Positions 42,698 to 53,420 of a stretch of 64,000 nt of DNA are shown piece by piece (positions within the stretch are counted from its first letter, which is position 1; every line of letters begins with the position of its first letter). The notes beneath the pieces were generated by a model. That model had not been told where the DNA came from. It ran no database searches and worked only from the letters and a program-made list of their open reading frames with translations. A program made the position numbers and the translations under genes. Origin of the DNA: an uncultured Acidobacteriota bacterium (GTDB lineage: Bacteria; Acidobacteriota; Thermoanaerobaculia; Multivoradales; JAHEKO01); NCBI GenBank assembly GCA_963713825.1, contig CAVQNG010000014.1, forward strand, positions 192,001 through 256,000, in the 5' to 3' direction.

Positions 42698-43591
42698 TCA
42701 GTAGATCGTCTGACCGAGCAGGGACGCCACGAGCTCAACGCCGATCTTGGCTGTCCGGTTCTGGGCATCGAGTATCGGATTGATTTCGACAACATCGACC
42801 GACCCGACCTCAGCATTCGCAGCGACCAACTCCAGCAGGAAATGGGCTTCCCGGTAGGTGAGGCCCCCAGGAACGGGAGTTCCGACGCCGGGTGCCTGGC
42901 TTGGGTCGAGGCTATCCATGTCGAGGCTGACATGGATCTTTGGTCTGTGGGCGAGGCTCGCGATCGCTTGTTTCGCCACTTCTCCGATGCCCTTCTCGTC
43001 GATCTCCCGCATTGTGAATACGGTTACGCCACTGGCTCGCAGCAGCAGTCGCTCTTCTGGGTCGAGACTGCGCAGGCCCACGACGGCCACGTCCTGCCCC
43101 GAGACTTTCGGTCCTGGTCTGCCGATGTCGATCATGGCGGGGCTGCCCTGGCCTGTGAGAGCAGCGAGCGGCATGCCGTGGAGATTTCCTGACGGTGAGG
43201 TCGTGGGTGTGTTGAAGTCTCCATGGGCGTCGATCCAAAGGACTCCACTCGGACCGGTCTCGGTGGCAGCACCTACCGTGCCGAGAGCGATGGAGTGGTC
43301 GCCGCCCAAGAAGAGAGGAATCGCGCCTGCCGCGATAGCTGCTACACCAGCTTCATAGACTGCGGTACAGGCTTCCACCACAGCGGGGAGGAAGGACAGG
43401 CCGCCTTCGGAGGGCAGCTCGTCCCGGACGGCTATTTCGACGTTTCCACAATCGCGTACCTGGCAGCCTACTTGCCGCAGATGATTGTCTAGGCCTGCGT
43501 AGCGCAGCGCGCTGGGTCCCATGTCGACGCCACGGCGAGACTGGCCGAGGTCAAGGGGTACTCCCACGATGTTGACAGCTTTCTCCACCAT
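42698..43591 (-). CDS. rocF: Arginase
   Basis: [43 protein letters not shown]. Confidence 0.95.
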   Translation of the reverse strand: MVEKAVNIVGVPLDLGQSRRGVDMGPSALRYAGLDNHLRQVGCQVRDCGNVEIAVRDELPSEGGLSFLPAVVEACTAVYEAGVAAIAAGAIPLFLGGDHSIALGTVGAATETGPSGVLWIDAHGDFNTPTTSPSGNLHGMPLAALTGQGSPAMIDIGRPGPKVSGQDVAVVGLRSLDPEERLLLRASGVTVFTMREIDEKGIGEVAKQAIASLAHRPKIHVSLDMDSLDPSQAPGVGTPVPGGLTYREAHFLLELVAANAEVGSVDVVEINPILDAQNRTAKIGVELVASLLGQTIY

Positions 43592-43658
43592 GGCGCGTCT
43601 CTTCCAGAAGTTGTTCTAACGGGTTTCTAGAGTGGAATCAGCGGGTCGAGTCGCCAGC

Positions 43659-44396
43659 CTAGAGCTTCTCGCCGACAATCTGTTTGTAGCCTTTGACCGG
43701 TGGTCCTGTCGCATCACCTACCGGACCCATACTGACCTTCCACTTGGAGGATCCCTCGAGGGTCTTTTTCAACTTCCGCGTCAGGTTGTCGAAGGTGCCG
43801 CTCATCTCGTAGCGAATCGCATCTTCTTCGCGGTTCCAGATCGACACCGACAGAGCCTGATCTGGATCGCGCAGTGCTTCCACTAGAAATGCAGCTCTGC
43901 AACCCTGGGTGGAACGGAGAATCGGCATCACGTTTGTGTTGTAGAGGTCGATGAGTTCGTCCCATTTCTTGGGCTTGACCCGCACGGATACGACCCTCAA
44001 GTAGAGTCTAGACGGCAGCTCGTCGACCGGCAGGTCTTCGTCGCCGGCCTCGACGGTAAAGGCATCACTGACCTTTTGTTGGCTGGGTTCGACGGGCGGC
44101 AGGCCCGCGCTTACAGCCAGTCGGACTTTCCACTCGGCGCCTCCCGATACGAGCTGGCTACCATCCTCCACGAGCTGGCGATACGCGTCACTCTTCTCGT
44201 AGCTGTCGGCCTCCTCGGGGCTGTCCCAGAGGGTCATCGAAATACACTCCTCGTCTTGCGAGGTTGCTTGGAGAAGACTGGCGAATCGGCAGGCGCTTTG
44301 CTGCTGAAGCAATGGCAGCACCTGTTCTTGATAGAAGGCTTGCACTGCGTGAAGGTCCGCACCCTGGGTGTCGAACTTTAGAATTCGTAGATACAC
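43659..44396 (-). CDS. Tandem antibiotic-biosynthesis-monooxygenase (ABM) domain protein
   Basis: Two internal repeats: YLRI...QVLP...SMTLWDSPEEADSYE and YLRV...NVMP...SVSIWNREEDAIRYE. Confidence 0.75.
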   Translation of the reverse strand: MYLRILKFDTQGADLHAVQAFYQEQVLPLLQQQSACRFASLLQATSQDEECISMTLWDSPEEADSYEKSDAYRQLVEDGSQLVSGGAEWKVRLAVSAGLPPVEPSQQKVSDAFTVEAGDEDLPVDELPSRLYLRVVSVRVKPKKWDELIDLYNTNVMPILRSTQGCRAAFLVEALRDPDQALSVSIWNREEDAIRYEMSGTFDNLTRKLKKTLEGSSKWKVSMGPVGDATGPPVKGYKQIVGEKL

Positions 44397-44411
44397 AGCA
44401 ACCGGTCAAGC

Positions 44412-44858
44412 CTACTGTTTACGCATCCAGATCTCGGTGCCACCTTTTTCGAAGCGGACCTCGTCCATCAGCTCATTGATGAGGTAGATTCCCCGTCCTC
44501 CTGAAGCATAGAGATTCTCGCCCGTCAACGGACTGGGTATGTCCTGCGGATCGAAGCCCGGGCCAGGGTCGCGAATGATGATGAGCATGCCCCTCTCCTC
44601 GTCACACGCGACGCACACCTGCACGTCACGCGACGGGTCTTCCTCGCAGCCGTGCACGACGGCGTTGGCGAGGGCCTCCTGTAGTGCAAGCTCGATCTCA
44701 TTCTCTTTGCCTTTGGAGCAATGCATGTCCTGGATCACCGTCATGATCCGATCGACAGCCGGCGTCACTTCTTCGACGGAGCCTTGAATGGTCATGTTGA
44801 GACGCAAGATGAGCTTCTTGGAGTCGAACTCGCAGCTAGAAATCGGATCACTTGGCAT
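44412..44858 (-). CDS. RsbW-like anti-sigma factor/Ser kinase (HATPase_c_2)
   Basis: LALQEALANAVVHG, RDPGPGFDP, GGRGIYLINELMD; SD GGAGG. Confidence 0.9.
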   Translation of the reverse strand: MPSDPISSCEFDSKKLILRLNMTIQGSVEEVTPAVDRIMTVIQDMHCSKGKENEIELALQEALANAVVHGCEEDPSRDVQVCVACDEERGMLIIIRDPGPGFDPQDIPSPLTGENLYASGGRGIYLINELMDEVRFEKGGTEIWMRKQ

Positions 44859-45073
44859 GGCAACCTCCATACCGGCTCTTCGCCCTGCAGCACGGGAGTG
44901 CAACATTATCGCACGAAGATGGCGCCTCTCGCCGATTCCGCTGTTCGGTGTTCCCGATTTGGGCTACAGTCGGGGCGCTGCAGAGCGCTGCCAGTGGCAA
45001 TTTGAAACGTGGTCGCCAGGCTTGTGGTTCTGATCCGTTCCGTCGGCGAACCTTTCAATCATAAGGAGGACGC

Positions 45074-46450
45074 GTGAAACAGGAGACTCGCTTCGCACAG
45101 CCAGGAAGGCTTCGATTCGTCATGGTGTTGGGCGTTTGCTGTCTCGCTCTGGCGGGATGGCGTCCACTTCTAGGGGCCGAAGTCAAAGCCCTGGTGGGTG
45201 GCACCTTGATCGATGGCAATGGCAGTACCACGACCCGCAACAGCGTGATTCTGATCGAAGGCGAGCGGATCAAAGCCGTGGGAGAGATCGGGACTGTGGC
45301 CATTCCAGACGGGGCCGAGGTGATCTCGACCGAGGGCATGAGCGTTCTGCCCGGGCTGTGGGACACTCACGTCCATCTGATGATCAACGGACATGCCGAC
45401 TACGAGCACTGGGACAAGACCTACCCGCCGCTGTTCAGGTCGGTGATCATGCCGTCTTCGGCGCAGCAGCTCCTGCTCGCCGGCGTGACCAGTGCCCGCG
45501 ACCTGGGTGGACCGCTCGAGGACAGCCTCGCCGTACGGGATGCGATCAACGAAGGGGAGATCCCCGGTCCCACAATGTATGTCTCTGGGCCTTTCATCCA
45601 GAAGACACCCTACCCGGGCACGGAGCTGTTCCGCTGGGGCGTCGATGGCCCCGAGGATGCCAGGTCGAAGATCAATCGACTGGCCGAAGCGGGCGTCGAT
45701 TTCATCAAGCTCATCGATCAAGACGAGATGAGCCAAGAAGAAGTCGATGCCGTGGTCGACGAAGCGCACCGCCATGGGTTGACCGTTGCTGCCCACGCCC
45801 ATCGTCCCGAGGAGATTCGGCGGGGACTGAGGGCCGGAGTGGACTGCTTCGAGCACACTGGCCTGGCCACGGCGCCCCGATACCCGGAAGACGTATTGCA
45901 GATGATCCAGGAGCGCACCGCGAAAATGAACCTGGGACCTCTTTTCTGGGTACCTACGGTTGAGGGGTTGTTCAACTATGAGTACGTTCGGGACTACCGC
46001 GAGATGCTGGACGACCCTTCCTGGCTCGTTGGCCTGCCGCCAGAGGTCATCGACGATATCCGGTCCTCGATCGGGCATCCGGATCGGCTCGGATATTTTC
46101 AGATCACGCCGGACCGCCGACCGACGCTCGGAGACAAGTTCCAGCAGCTCAAGGAGTCGGGTGCAAAGCTGCTGATCGGCACGGATAGCGGCATTCCGAT
46201 GAAGTTCCACAGTCAATCGACCTGGAACGAGCTCGACATCTGGGTGCGAGAGATGGGTGTCGAGCCGATGGAGGCGATCCGGTCTGCGACCTATTGGCCC
46301 GCTGTTCTGATGGGCGTCGAAGGGGAAGTCGGCACTATTACACCTGGAAAGTACGCGGACATCATCGCCGTGAGAGGAGATGTGCTGCGGTATATCAATC
46401 TGCTGCAAAGGGTGGACATCGTGATCAAGCATGGTGAGCGCTACAAATAG
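45074..46450 (+). CDS. Secreted amidohydrolase-family metallohydrolase
   Basis: Signal peptide; LPGLWDTHVH, GVTSARDLG, AAHAH, EHTG, GTDSG, GKYADII. Confidence 0.9.
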   Translation: MKQETRFAQPGRLRFVMVLGVCCLALAGWRPLLGAEVKALVGGTLIDGNGSTTTRNSVILIEGERIKAVGEIGTVAIPDGAEVISTEGMSVLPGLWDTHVHLMINGHADYEHWDKTYPPLFRSVIMPSSAQQLLLAGVTSARDLGGPLEDSLAVRDAINEGEIPGPTMYVSGPFIQKTPYPGTELFRWGVDGPEDARSKINRLAEAGVDFIKLIDQDEMSQEEVDAVVDEAHRHGLTVAAHAHRPEEIRRGLRAGVDCFEHTGLATAPRYPEDVLQMIQERTAKMNLGPLFWVPTVEGLFNYEYVRDYREMLDDPSWLVGLPPEVIDDIRSSIGHPDRLGYFQITPDRRPTLGDKFQQLKESGAKLLIGTDSGIPMKFHSQSTWNELDIWVREMGVEPMEAIRSATYWPAVLMGVEGEVGTITPGKYADIIAVRGDVLRYINLLQRVDIVIKHGERYK

Positions 46451-46615
46451 CCCGTGAGCGGCTGCATGCTTCGTACACGAGCGATCGCATCGCAGCGCCT
46501 CCGCGATCTTGCTTGTCGAGGAATAATCCGGCACCGCGATACGTCATAACTAGATAGGGACCCACAGTGGCCACGCGCAGGGAGTGGGGTGATTGCTCTT
46601 GGGGGTGAGCCAGCG

Positions 46616-48253
46616 ATGGAGCCGAGAGTGGGGGAGAAGGGTCTAGCGGACCGGGATTCGCGCTCACAAGGTGAGTACGAGGACCTTGGTGAGGCCCCGA
46701 ACTGCAGGCAGGGGGCAGGTGTCCCTTCGCCGGATATCGACCGTAACCGCGGATCCGCTCTGTATTCCGAGGATCGAAGCTCCTCTGAAGTTGCGGCAGC
46801 AGACGACGGAGTCCCCGATCCCATCCGGATGTACCTCCGAGAGATGGCCTCTGTTCCTCTTCTGGATCGGGATGGGGAAGTGGCGATCGCTACTTCTCTG
46901 GAAGACGGGGAGCGGCGACTCTATCGTGCCTTGGTGTCGAATCTCTACCTGCTAGAACGTCTCCTGACGACTCTCTATCTGACAGAGCAGGGCGACTCCC
47001 CTGCAGCGCAGTACCTTGAACAGAATCTTGGTGAAGGTGAACGGCTTTCACCTCCGCCTGGTGTAGCCCGTCGAATGTCTCGTTTCCGTCGAATCGCCGA
47101 GCTCGAAGGATCGATCGGTGAGCTGCGTTCTCGCCAGGCAGGGATTGAGACCGACATCGCCATGGTCAAGGAGTTGGAACGTGAGATCGATCGCCAGGTC
47201 GCGAGAGAAGCGATCGAGATCCACCGAATCGACCTACCCGTCAAGACGGTCGCTGTTCTGGGCGAGCTTATCGAGGCCATCGATCGCGAGTATCGCCGCT
47301 GCAGCCTGGGAATTCGAAGGGCGGCCAAGGCTTGTCACACCGAGAAGAACAAGGATCTCCGGGCCCTGCATCGCCGTCGGGTCAAGCGGTATCGCAGTCT
47401 GCAGCAGGAGTTGGATGGGCGGTTCGGGTCGAGCTCGGAGGAGATCCAGAGGATCGTCGGGGAGGTCCGACAGGGTAGTGGTATCGCGGAAAGGGCGAGA
47501 GAGGCGCTGATCGTTGCCAATCTAAGGCTCGTGGTATCAGTTGCCAAGAAGTACACCCGGCGGGGCCTCAGCCTTCTCGATCTGATCCAGGAGGGCAACA
47601 TCGGTTTGCTGAGAGCGGTTGCGAAGTTCGAGTACAGGCGAGGCTACAAATTCTCGACATACGCTCACTGGTGGATCCGCCAAGCGATCACTCGCGCTCT
47701 GGCCGACCAATCCAGGACGGTGAGGATTCCGGTCCACATGATCGAGACGCTCCACCAGTTGAGGTACGCGGAAAGGTACCTTGTTCAGGAGTTTGGCCGC
47801 GAGCCATCGATGGAAGAGCTGGCACACCAGCTGAGCCTGCCCATAGCCAAGGTCCGAATGTTGCGCAAAGTGGCCAGACACCCAATCTCTCTCGAGAGTC
47901 CGGTTGGCGACGATGAGGATTCGCAGTTCGGAGATTTTCTCGAGGATCGTAGCGCCAAGTCGCCGTTGGAGAGTGCCATTTCGACTCGTCTTCGTGAACA
48001 GACAGCAGCCGCCTTGAGCATGCTGAGCCCGCGCGAAGAGGCGGTGCTGAGGATGCGTTTTGGAGTGGGTGGGAGGGATTCCTACACCCTGGCGGAAGCG
48101 GGGCGACGCTTCGATATCACTCGTGAGCGAGTGAGGCAGATCGAGGCTCAGGCGCTGACCAAGCTCAATCGCGATCAAAGGGCGGCGAAGCTGCGCCAGT
48201 TCGTCAGCGACTCTTGCTCAAGGCGAGGTGCTGATAGAGCGGTCCATCGGTGA
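46616..48253 (+). CDS. RpoD-family sigma-70 factor paralog
   Basis: Region 1.2 [10 protein letters not shown]; region 2 [39 protein letters not shown]; region 4 TRERVRQIE; alternative GTG start at 46589. Confidence 0.92.
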   Translation: MEPRVGEKGLADRDSRSQGEYEDLGEAPNCRQGAGVPSPDIDRNRGSALYSEDRSSSEVAAADDGVPDPIRMYLREMASVPLLDRDGEVAIATSLEDGERRLYRALVSNLYLLERLLTTLYLTEQGDSPAAQYLEQNLGEGERLSPPPGVARRMSRFRRIAELEGSIGELRSRQAGIETDIAMVKELEREIDRQVAREAIEIHRIDLPVKTVAVLGELIEAIDREYRRCSLGIRRAAKACHTEKNKDLRALHRRRVKRYRSLQQELDGRFGSSSEEIQRIVGEVRQGSGIAERAREALIVANLRLVVSVAKKYTRRGLSLLDLIQEGNIGLLRAVAKFEYRRGYKFSTYAHWWIRQAITRALADQSRTVRIPVHMIETLHQLRYAERYLVQEFGREPSMEELAHQLSLPIAKVRMLRKVARHPISLESPVGDDEDSQFGDFLEDRSAKSPLESAISTRLREQTAAALSMLSPREEAVLRMRFGVGGRDSYTLAEAGRRFDITRERVRQIEAQALTKLNRDQRAAKLRQFVSDSCSRRGADRAVHR

Positions 48254-49988
48254 AGCCCAGCTTCCTGTAGTACGGCCGCGTACCGACGGCAGAGATGACC
48301 GCCAGATTCTCGAACCTCGACTCGGTTGCGATGGCTTCTGCTCGCGCAATCAGGTCTCGGCCCAGGCCGAGATGCTGGGATCGCACCCCTTGGCGCTGTC
48401 CAATGGCCGCCAGATGCCCGTAGACGTGAACTTCCCTGATCATGGCGCTCTTCTGGATCTCGGGTATCGGTATGGGGCGCTGTGGCAGGGACAACCGGAG
48501 AAAGGCGGCGATCCGGTCCTCTGGTGTGACGAACTGAAGAAAGGTCTCACGACCAATGGACGTGTCGTAATCCGTCCTACGAAGGGTCAATGTGCTCGGA
48601 TCGACACTGCGATGACGAATCTCTCGGGCGCGGATGTCTCGGCTCTCATGACCACCTAGTCGGATCTCCTCCTCGGCGAGCTCTCGGAGGTTCGTCACCT
48701 TGTTTCCTGTCACGATATCGGTACCTGGAATGTCCCGAATGACGCGGGTTATGCGGCAGTACTCGGGCGTTCGCCTGATGCACTCGGTCAGAACCCAGGT
48801 GAGCTCGCGCTGGGAATAGGGCCGCCACTCCCGACTCTCGTAGTACCCCATCAATTCTGCGCTTTCGACGAGGCTGCAGGGGTAGATCTTGAGCTCATCA
48901 GGACGGAAGTCGGGATCGTCGAAGAGTCGCTGGAAGTCCTCGACATCCTCCTCGGGTGAGGAGCCATGGAGATTGGGCATCCAGTGGGCGTGGATCTTGA
49001 ATCCAGCCTGCCTGAGAAGACTCACGGCCCGGCGAATGTCCGCTACTTCGTGGCCTCGCCGGTTGAGGGCCAGGACCCGATCCGAGAGGCTCTGGAAGCC
49101 GATCTGAACCTTGGTGGCGCCGAGGCGGCGAATACTGAGCACTTCATCGAGCTCGAGGTGGTCAGGCCGGGTCTCGACCACTAGACCAACACATCGAGCA
49201 AAGGCCGTTTCGTTGTGTTGTTGCGCCAGTGCCAGAGAGTCCCAATCCTCCTCCTCGAGCCTGTTCGCCGACGGGCCGAGTTGCCCCAGGGCAGCGGTGA
49301 CAATGTTGTTGTAGGTCCGTGTCATCCGCCTGCCATCGACCTGGGTGCCGAGATCCCGGAAATCGAGGCTCGATTGCGGTCGGGTCGCATAGGGCACAGG
49401 GGCTTCTGGTGAGAAAGCGTTGAGGGCGTCAAAGCACCGTTTGGCGAACCAGATTCGGTAGGCTTCCCTGTAGGACGACCACGTCCCGCCCAGGACGATG
49501 ACCTCCGCCTTGTCCACGTGGTGGCCTGTGTTGTGATAGGTCATGAGCCGGGAGAGTGTTTGATTGAAGGGGTCGAACTGATGTTGGGCCGCGCGCTGGG
49601 CCCCGGGTTCGTCTGATAGGTAGCTCTTGGGCATGCGGACATCACTAGGGCAGAAGATGCACTTGCCCGGGCAGGGATATGGCTTGGTCAGAACGGTAAC
49701 CGGGGCGACTCCGCTTTGAGTGCGCATCGGCTTCATGCGTAGCTTTTCGACAAAAGGGGACTCGTCACGACCCCATTGGAGCTTTCGATTCAGGTATCGG
49801 AAGGCCCGAATGATCTCGCTCTTCGAGAAGAATCCCGAGCCGTCCTTTGGATAACGTCGTAGGATCGACTCGTAGCTGGCCTGATCGAAATCCTCCAACG
49901 CTTCGATCTCGGTGACCAAGGCCACCAACTGGGCCTCATAGAGCTCGGGCTGGAAATGAAAGCTGATTTCAGGCACTTTCTGTCTCAT
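48204..49988 (-). CDS. elp3: Elp3 tRNA U34 carboxymethyltransferase (radical SAM + GNAT)
   Basis: [83 protein letters not shown]. Confidence 0.93.
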   Translation of the reverse strand: MRQKVPEISFHFQPELYEAQLVALVTEIEALEDFDQASYESILRRYPKDGSGFFSKSEIIRAFRYLNRKLQWGRDESPFVEKLRMKPMRTQSGVAPVTVLTKPYPCPGKCIFCPSDVRMPKSYLSDEPGAQRAAQHQFDPFNQTLSRLMTYHNTGHHVDKAEVIVLGGTWSSYREAYRIWFAKRCFDALNAFSPEAPVPYATRPQSSLDFRDLGTQVDGRRMTRTYNNIVTAALGQLGPSANRLEEEDWDSLALAQQHNETAFARCVGLVVETRPDHLELDEVLSIRRLGATKVQIGFQSLSDRVLALNRRGHEVADIRRAVSLLRQAGFKIHAHWMPNLHGSSPEEDVEDFQRLFDDPDFRPDELKIYPCSLVESAELMGYYESREWRPYSQRELTWVLTECIRRTPEYCRITRVIRDIPGTDIVTGNKVTNLRELAEEEIRLGGHESRDIRAREIRHRSVDPSTLTLRRTDYDTSIGRETFLQFVTPEDRIAAFLRLSLPQRPIPIPEIQKSAMIREVHVYGHLAAIGQRQGVRSQHLGLGRDLIARAEAIATESRFENLAVISAVGTRPYYRKLGFTDGPLYQHLALSKSR

Positions 49989-49989
49989 T

Positions 49990-50787
49990 ATGAACCGCCA
50001 GACAATAGCAGCCCTGAACCGAATCAACCGGACCTTCTACCACCACCAGAGTGAGGACTTCAGCCGCACGCGGAGAAGCCCCTGGCCCGGCTGGAAGCGG
50101 GTTGTGTCCGCCTATGAAGAGAAAAATCCCACGAGTGGCGCCGGGCCTCTGGTGTCTATTCTAGATGTCGGATGCGGCAACGGACGGTTCTTGCCCTTCC
50201 TGGCGGAACATTCTCAGGCTCCCGTTCGATACTTCGGGGTCGATTCGAGCCTTGCCTTGCTGTTGGATGCCCGCGGTGATGCTGCTGGAAGAACATCGCC
50301 TCAGCCGAAGTTGGTGGCGGCGGAACTGATCGACGACAGGCCTCTCGAGTTCTTGCGCTCGGCCCAATTCGATCTGGCGGTCGTTTTCGGGGTGCTGCAC
50401 CACATCCCCAGTTACCAGGCTCGGCAAAGTCTGCTGACCGCTCTTGCCGCTTGTCTGACGCCGGGTGGGGTGATGGCGGTCTCCTTCTGGCAGTTCGGTG
50501 AGCACCGTCGATTTCTTCGGCGATCGATGTCGTGGACCGATTACAACAAGCAGGCCAGGGAGCCGATCGAGATCGGCGAGTTGGAGAAGGGCGACATGGT
50601 CCTGACCTGGGGTGACCAGAATGGGCAGGAAAGGGTCGGCTTCAACTCGAAACTTCGATACTGTCACTTCGCCGATGCGAACGAGGCTGGTCAGCTGGTT
50701 GGGAGCCTACCTTTGCGCGTCATGGAGATGTACCACTCAGACGGTGAAGGCCAGCGACAGAACCTCTACTACCTGCTCGAGAGGTGA
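49990..50787 (+). CDS. Class I SAM methyltransferase resembling Trm9/ALKBH8-MT
   Basis: FSRTRRSPWP, LDVGCGNGR, FDLAVVFGVLHHIPS...R, LTPGG...SFW, RYCH. Confidence 0.8.
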   Translation: MNRQTIAALNRINRTFYHHQSEDFSRTRRSPWPGWKRVVSAYEEKNPTSGAGPLVSILDVGCGNGRFLPFLAEHSQAPVRYFGVDSSLALLLDARGDAAGRTSPQPKLVAAELIDDRPLEFLRSAQFDLAVVFGVLHHIPSYQARQSLLTALAACLTPGGVMAVSFWQFGEHRRFLRRSMSWTDYNKQAREPIEIGELEKGDMVLTWGDQNGQERVGFNSKLRYCHFADANEAGQLVGSLPLRVMEMYHSDGEGQRQNLYYLLER

Positions 50788-50919
50788 GATGGGGGACAGT
50801 TAAGCGATTCGCAGCGCCGGCAAGGAGTAGTGGCTATAATTCAAGACGGATTCCGGTACTACTACCTGGGTCCGAGCGAAAGGCTCAGGTTGGTAGATCT
50901 GTAGGCAAGTCGAGATTCT

Positions 50920-52134
50920 ATGACCGATACCGGCTTTTTTCTGCTCAGCATCTCGATCAGCGTGGCTCTTCTGCTCCTGCTGATGGTGTTCTTCCTGCGG
51001 GCGCGACGACTCTCCCAATCGCTCGAGAAGCAGACCAGCGAGCTCCGGACCCTACTGAAGAAGATCCACCGCATCGACGAGGAGCTGAATTTCGTACTCG
51101 ATTTCATCCGAGAGCTGCCTCATCTGACCGGCGAGCTCAATAACCAGATGAATCCCAGAGGCATTCCCCAGGTGCTCATGAACGTTCTCGTTCGCACCTA
51201 CCAGCCTGAGCAGGCGGTCATCCTACTGCGGCGCAAGCGTACATTGGCTCAGCCCGAGAGGGACAAGGAGTTCATCGCAGCTGCAGTCGCGGCGCCGAGG
51301 TCTACTTTCGATCGCGGCATGGTCGTGACCATGGGCGAGGGTGATCTGGGGTACGTCGCTCAGCAGCATCGGGTTCTGGACGGCACAGAATTGACTCGAG
51401 AGGCTGCATCGCATCGCCATGTTCGAGCCAAGGGTCTGTCCGCGTTTCGACCCGATATCGCATCGCCAATGACCATCGACGAGCGCACTCTGGGAGTCAT
51501 GGCTCTCAGGCGCCCGGAGAAGCAGAAACCCTACAGCAAGGATGTTTTTAGGGTGATCGCTCAGATGGGGGCCTTTGCCCTGAACAACCTTCAGGCCTAT
51601 GCCGAGGTCAAGTCGGTTGCCGACGTCGATCCACTCACCAAGATCTGGAACAAGGGCGTTCTCAACTTCAGACTCGGCGAGCTCGTGTTCGATGCCGAGG
51701 AGGGTAAGAGCAATCTGGCGGTGTTCCTGTTCGATATCGATCACTTCAAGAACTACAATGACGTCAATGGGCACGTGGCTGGTGATCGGTTGCTGCAGAC
51801 GTTGGCCCGACTGGTCAAAGAGCAGGTCCGCATCGACGACATTTTCGGTCGCTTTGGTGGCGAGGAGTTCTTGCTGATTCTTCCTAACAAGAGCAAATCC
51901 CAGGCCAGGATCACCGGCGAGAAGATCCGAGCGGCCATCGAGGCCTACGAATTTCCCTTCGGTGACAAGCAGCCGCTCAATCGCTTGACGATCAGCGGCG
52001 GCGTTGCCTGCTTCCCTCAAGATGGGCGCAACAGCTCCGAGTTGATTCGGGCGGCTGATCAAGCGCTCTATCAGGCCAAGCGGGCCGGCCGGAATCGCGT
52101 CATGGCGGCTGGGGCGGTGGCTCTGGCCGAGTAG
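50920..52134 (+). CDS. Membrane-anchored GAF-GGDEF diguanylate cyclase
   Basis: N-terminal TM, GAF-like middle, DPLT, DIDHFKNYND..GH..GD, RIDD I-site, GRFGGEEF, ADQALYQAK. Confidence 0.92.
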   Translation: MTDTGFFLLSISISVALLLLLMVFFLRARRLSQSLEKQTSELRTLLKKIHRIDEELNFVLDFIRELPHLTGELNNQMNPRGIPQVLMNVLVRTYQPEQAVILLRRKRTLAQPERDKEFIAAAVAAPRSTFDRGMVVTMGEGDLGYVAQQHRVLDGTELTREAASHRHVRAKGLSAFRPDIASPMTIDERTLGVMALRRPEKQKPYSKDVFRVIAQMGAFALNNLQAYAEVKSVADVDPLTKIWNKGVLNFRLGELVFDAEEGKSNLAVFLFDIDHFKNYNDVNGHVAGDRLLQTLARLVKEQVRIDDIFGRFGGEEFLLILPNKSKSQARITGEKIRAAIEAYEFPFGDKQPLNRLTISGGVACFPQDGRNSSELIRAADQALYQAKRAGRNRVMAAGAVALAE

Positions 52135-52184
52135 TTCGGGCGTCAAGTTCCACCTGTAGCAGTTCCCTACAGCGGGCTTCATCG

Positions 52185-53420
52185 ATGACAGGGCTCGAAA
52201 TCGGAGCACTGGCCTGTCTGGCCTTTTGGGTTGGTCTGTCTCTGGATCGATCGCGAGCCTGGCCTCGGGAATCGCGGTTTCCAGAGTGCGAAAAGAGTGC
52301 AAGCCGAAGACGCAGTGGCCCGGTTTGTGCGTTAATACCGGCTCGCGACGAGGAGAAGACCCTGGCGCGAACCCTACGCTCGCTTCTGCAGCAAGATGCC
52401 GTGGATCTGGTTGTGGTCGCCAATGATGGCTCCCAGGACTCGACTGCTGAAGTGGTGGATCGGGTTGCCGAAGAGTCGGTGCGGGGACCGGCCCTGCGTC
52501 GAATCGAGGTGCCGCCTCCGCCAGCAGGTTGGTCCGGCAAGGTGCATGCCCTCGCCTACTCGACGGCGCGCATACTCGAAGACGAAGCGTTGATGGGCGC
52601 CAAAGATGGTTGGTGGCTGTTCGGTGATGCGGATATCGAGCAGGCCCCGAGCACGGTTCGGGCCTTACTGGCGATCGCCGAGTCCAGGGAGGCGGGCGGC
52701 CCATACGATCTCGTCTCCGTGATGGCGCGGTTGCACACCACCAGCTTCTGGGAACGGTTGCTGATCCCGCCGTTTGTCTTCTTCTTCCAGTTGCTATATC
52801 CCTTTCGGCGAGTTTGCAATGCCAGATCCGCAGTGGCCGCGGCGGCCGGGGGCTGTATTCTGGTTCGCCGAACTGCTTACGAGCAGGTCGGGGGGCACGC
52901 TGCGATTCGCGATGCGCTCATCGATGACGTAGCACTCGCCCGTCTGATCAAGACCAGTGGCGGCAGGGTCTGGCTGGGTCTCGATGAGAACGTCCGCTCG
53001 ATCCGGCCCTATTGCGGGCTCTCGGAACTCTGGCGCATGGTATCTCGAAGCGCCTTTGTCCAGCTGCGGTACCGCTACGACTTGTTGGCTCTCGTCATTC
53101 TGGGCCTGGCGGTGTTTGTGGTGGCACCACCCCTGCTGATCGTTGCCGGTGGCGCTTCGGCCGCGACTGGGGCAGTGTCGGTCCCTGCCGGTCTACGGAT
53201 CATGATCTGGGCTGGCGCCGCGTGGCTGCTACAGGTCCTATCCCTCCTGCCCTCTGTGCGGCATCACCGCGTTGCCTCGGTTTTTGGTTTCACCTTGCCG
53301 GTAGCCGGGGCGTTGTACGGCCTTATGACGCTGTCCTCGGCGTGGAGTCACCTGTCCGGCCGGGGACCACGCTGGAAGGGACGCTCTTACCCAGACCGCC
53401 AAGGTAAGCCTGGCGACTAA
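52185..53420 (+). CDS. hpnB: GT2 glycosyltransferase, hopene-associated HpnB-like
   Basis: IPARDEE, PAGWSGKVHA, DAD, SFWERLLIPPFVFFFQLLYPF, AAAAGGCIL, LIDDVALA, WRMVSRSAFVQLRY, WKGR. Confidence 0.85.
   Translation: MTGLEIGALACLAFWVGLSLDRSRAWPRESRFPECEKSASRRRSGPVCALIPARDEEKTLARTLRSLLQQDAVDLVVVANDGSQDSTAEVVDRVAEESVRGPALRRIEVPPPPAGWSGKVHALAYSTARILEDEALMGAKDGWWLFGDADIEQAPSTVRALLAIAESREAGGPYDLVSVMARLHTTSFWERLLIPPFVFFFQLLYPFRRVCNARSAVAAAAGGCILVRRTAYEQVGGHAAIRDALIDDVALARLIKTSGGRVWLGLDENVRSIRPYCGLSELWRMVSRSAFVQLRYRYDLLALVILGLAVFVVAPPLLIVAGGASAATGAVSVPAGLRIMIWAGAAWLLQVLSLLPSVRHHRVASVFGFTLPVAGALYGLMTLSSAWSHLSGRGPRWKGRSYPDRQGKPGD

Noticed and set aside
50831-50840. TATAAT upstream of the diguanylate cyclase
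   Set aside because: Plausible -10 box, but no -35 at 16-18 nt and no correctly placed extended TG, so it is too weak to list
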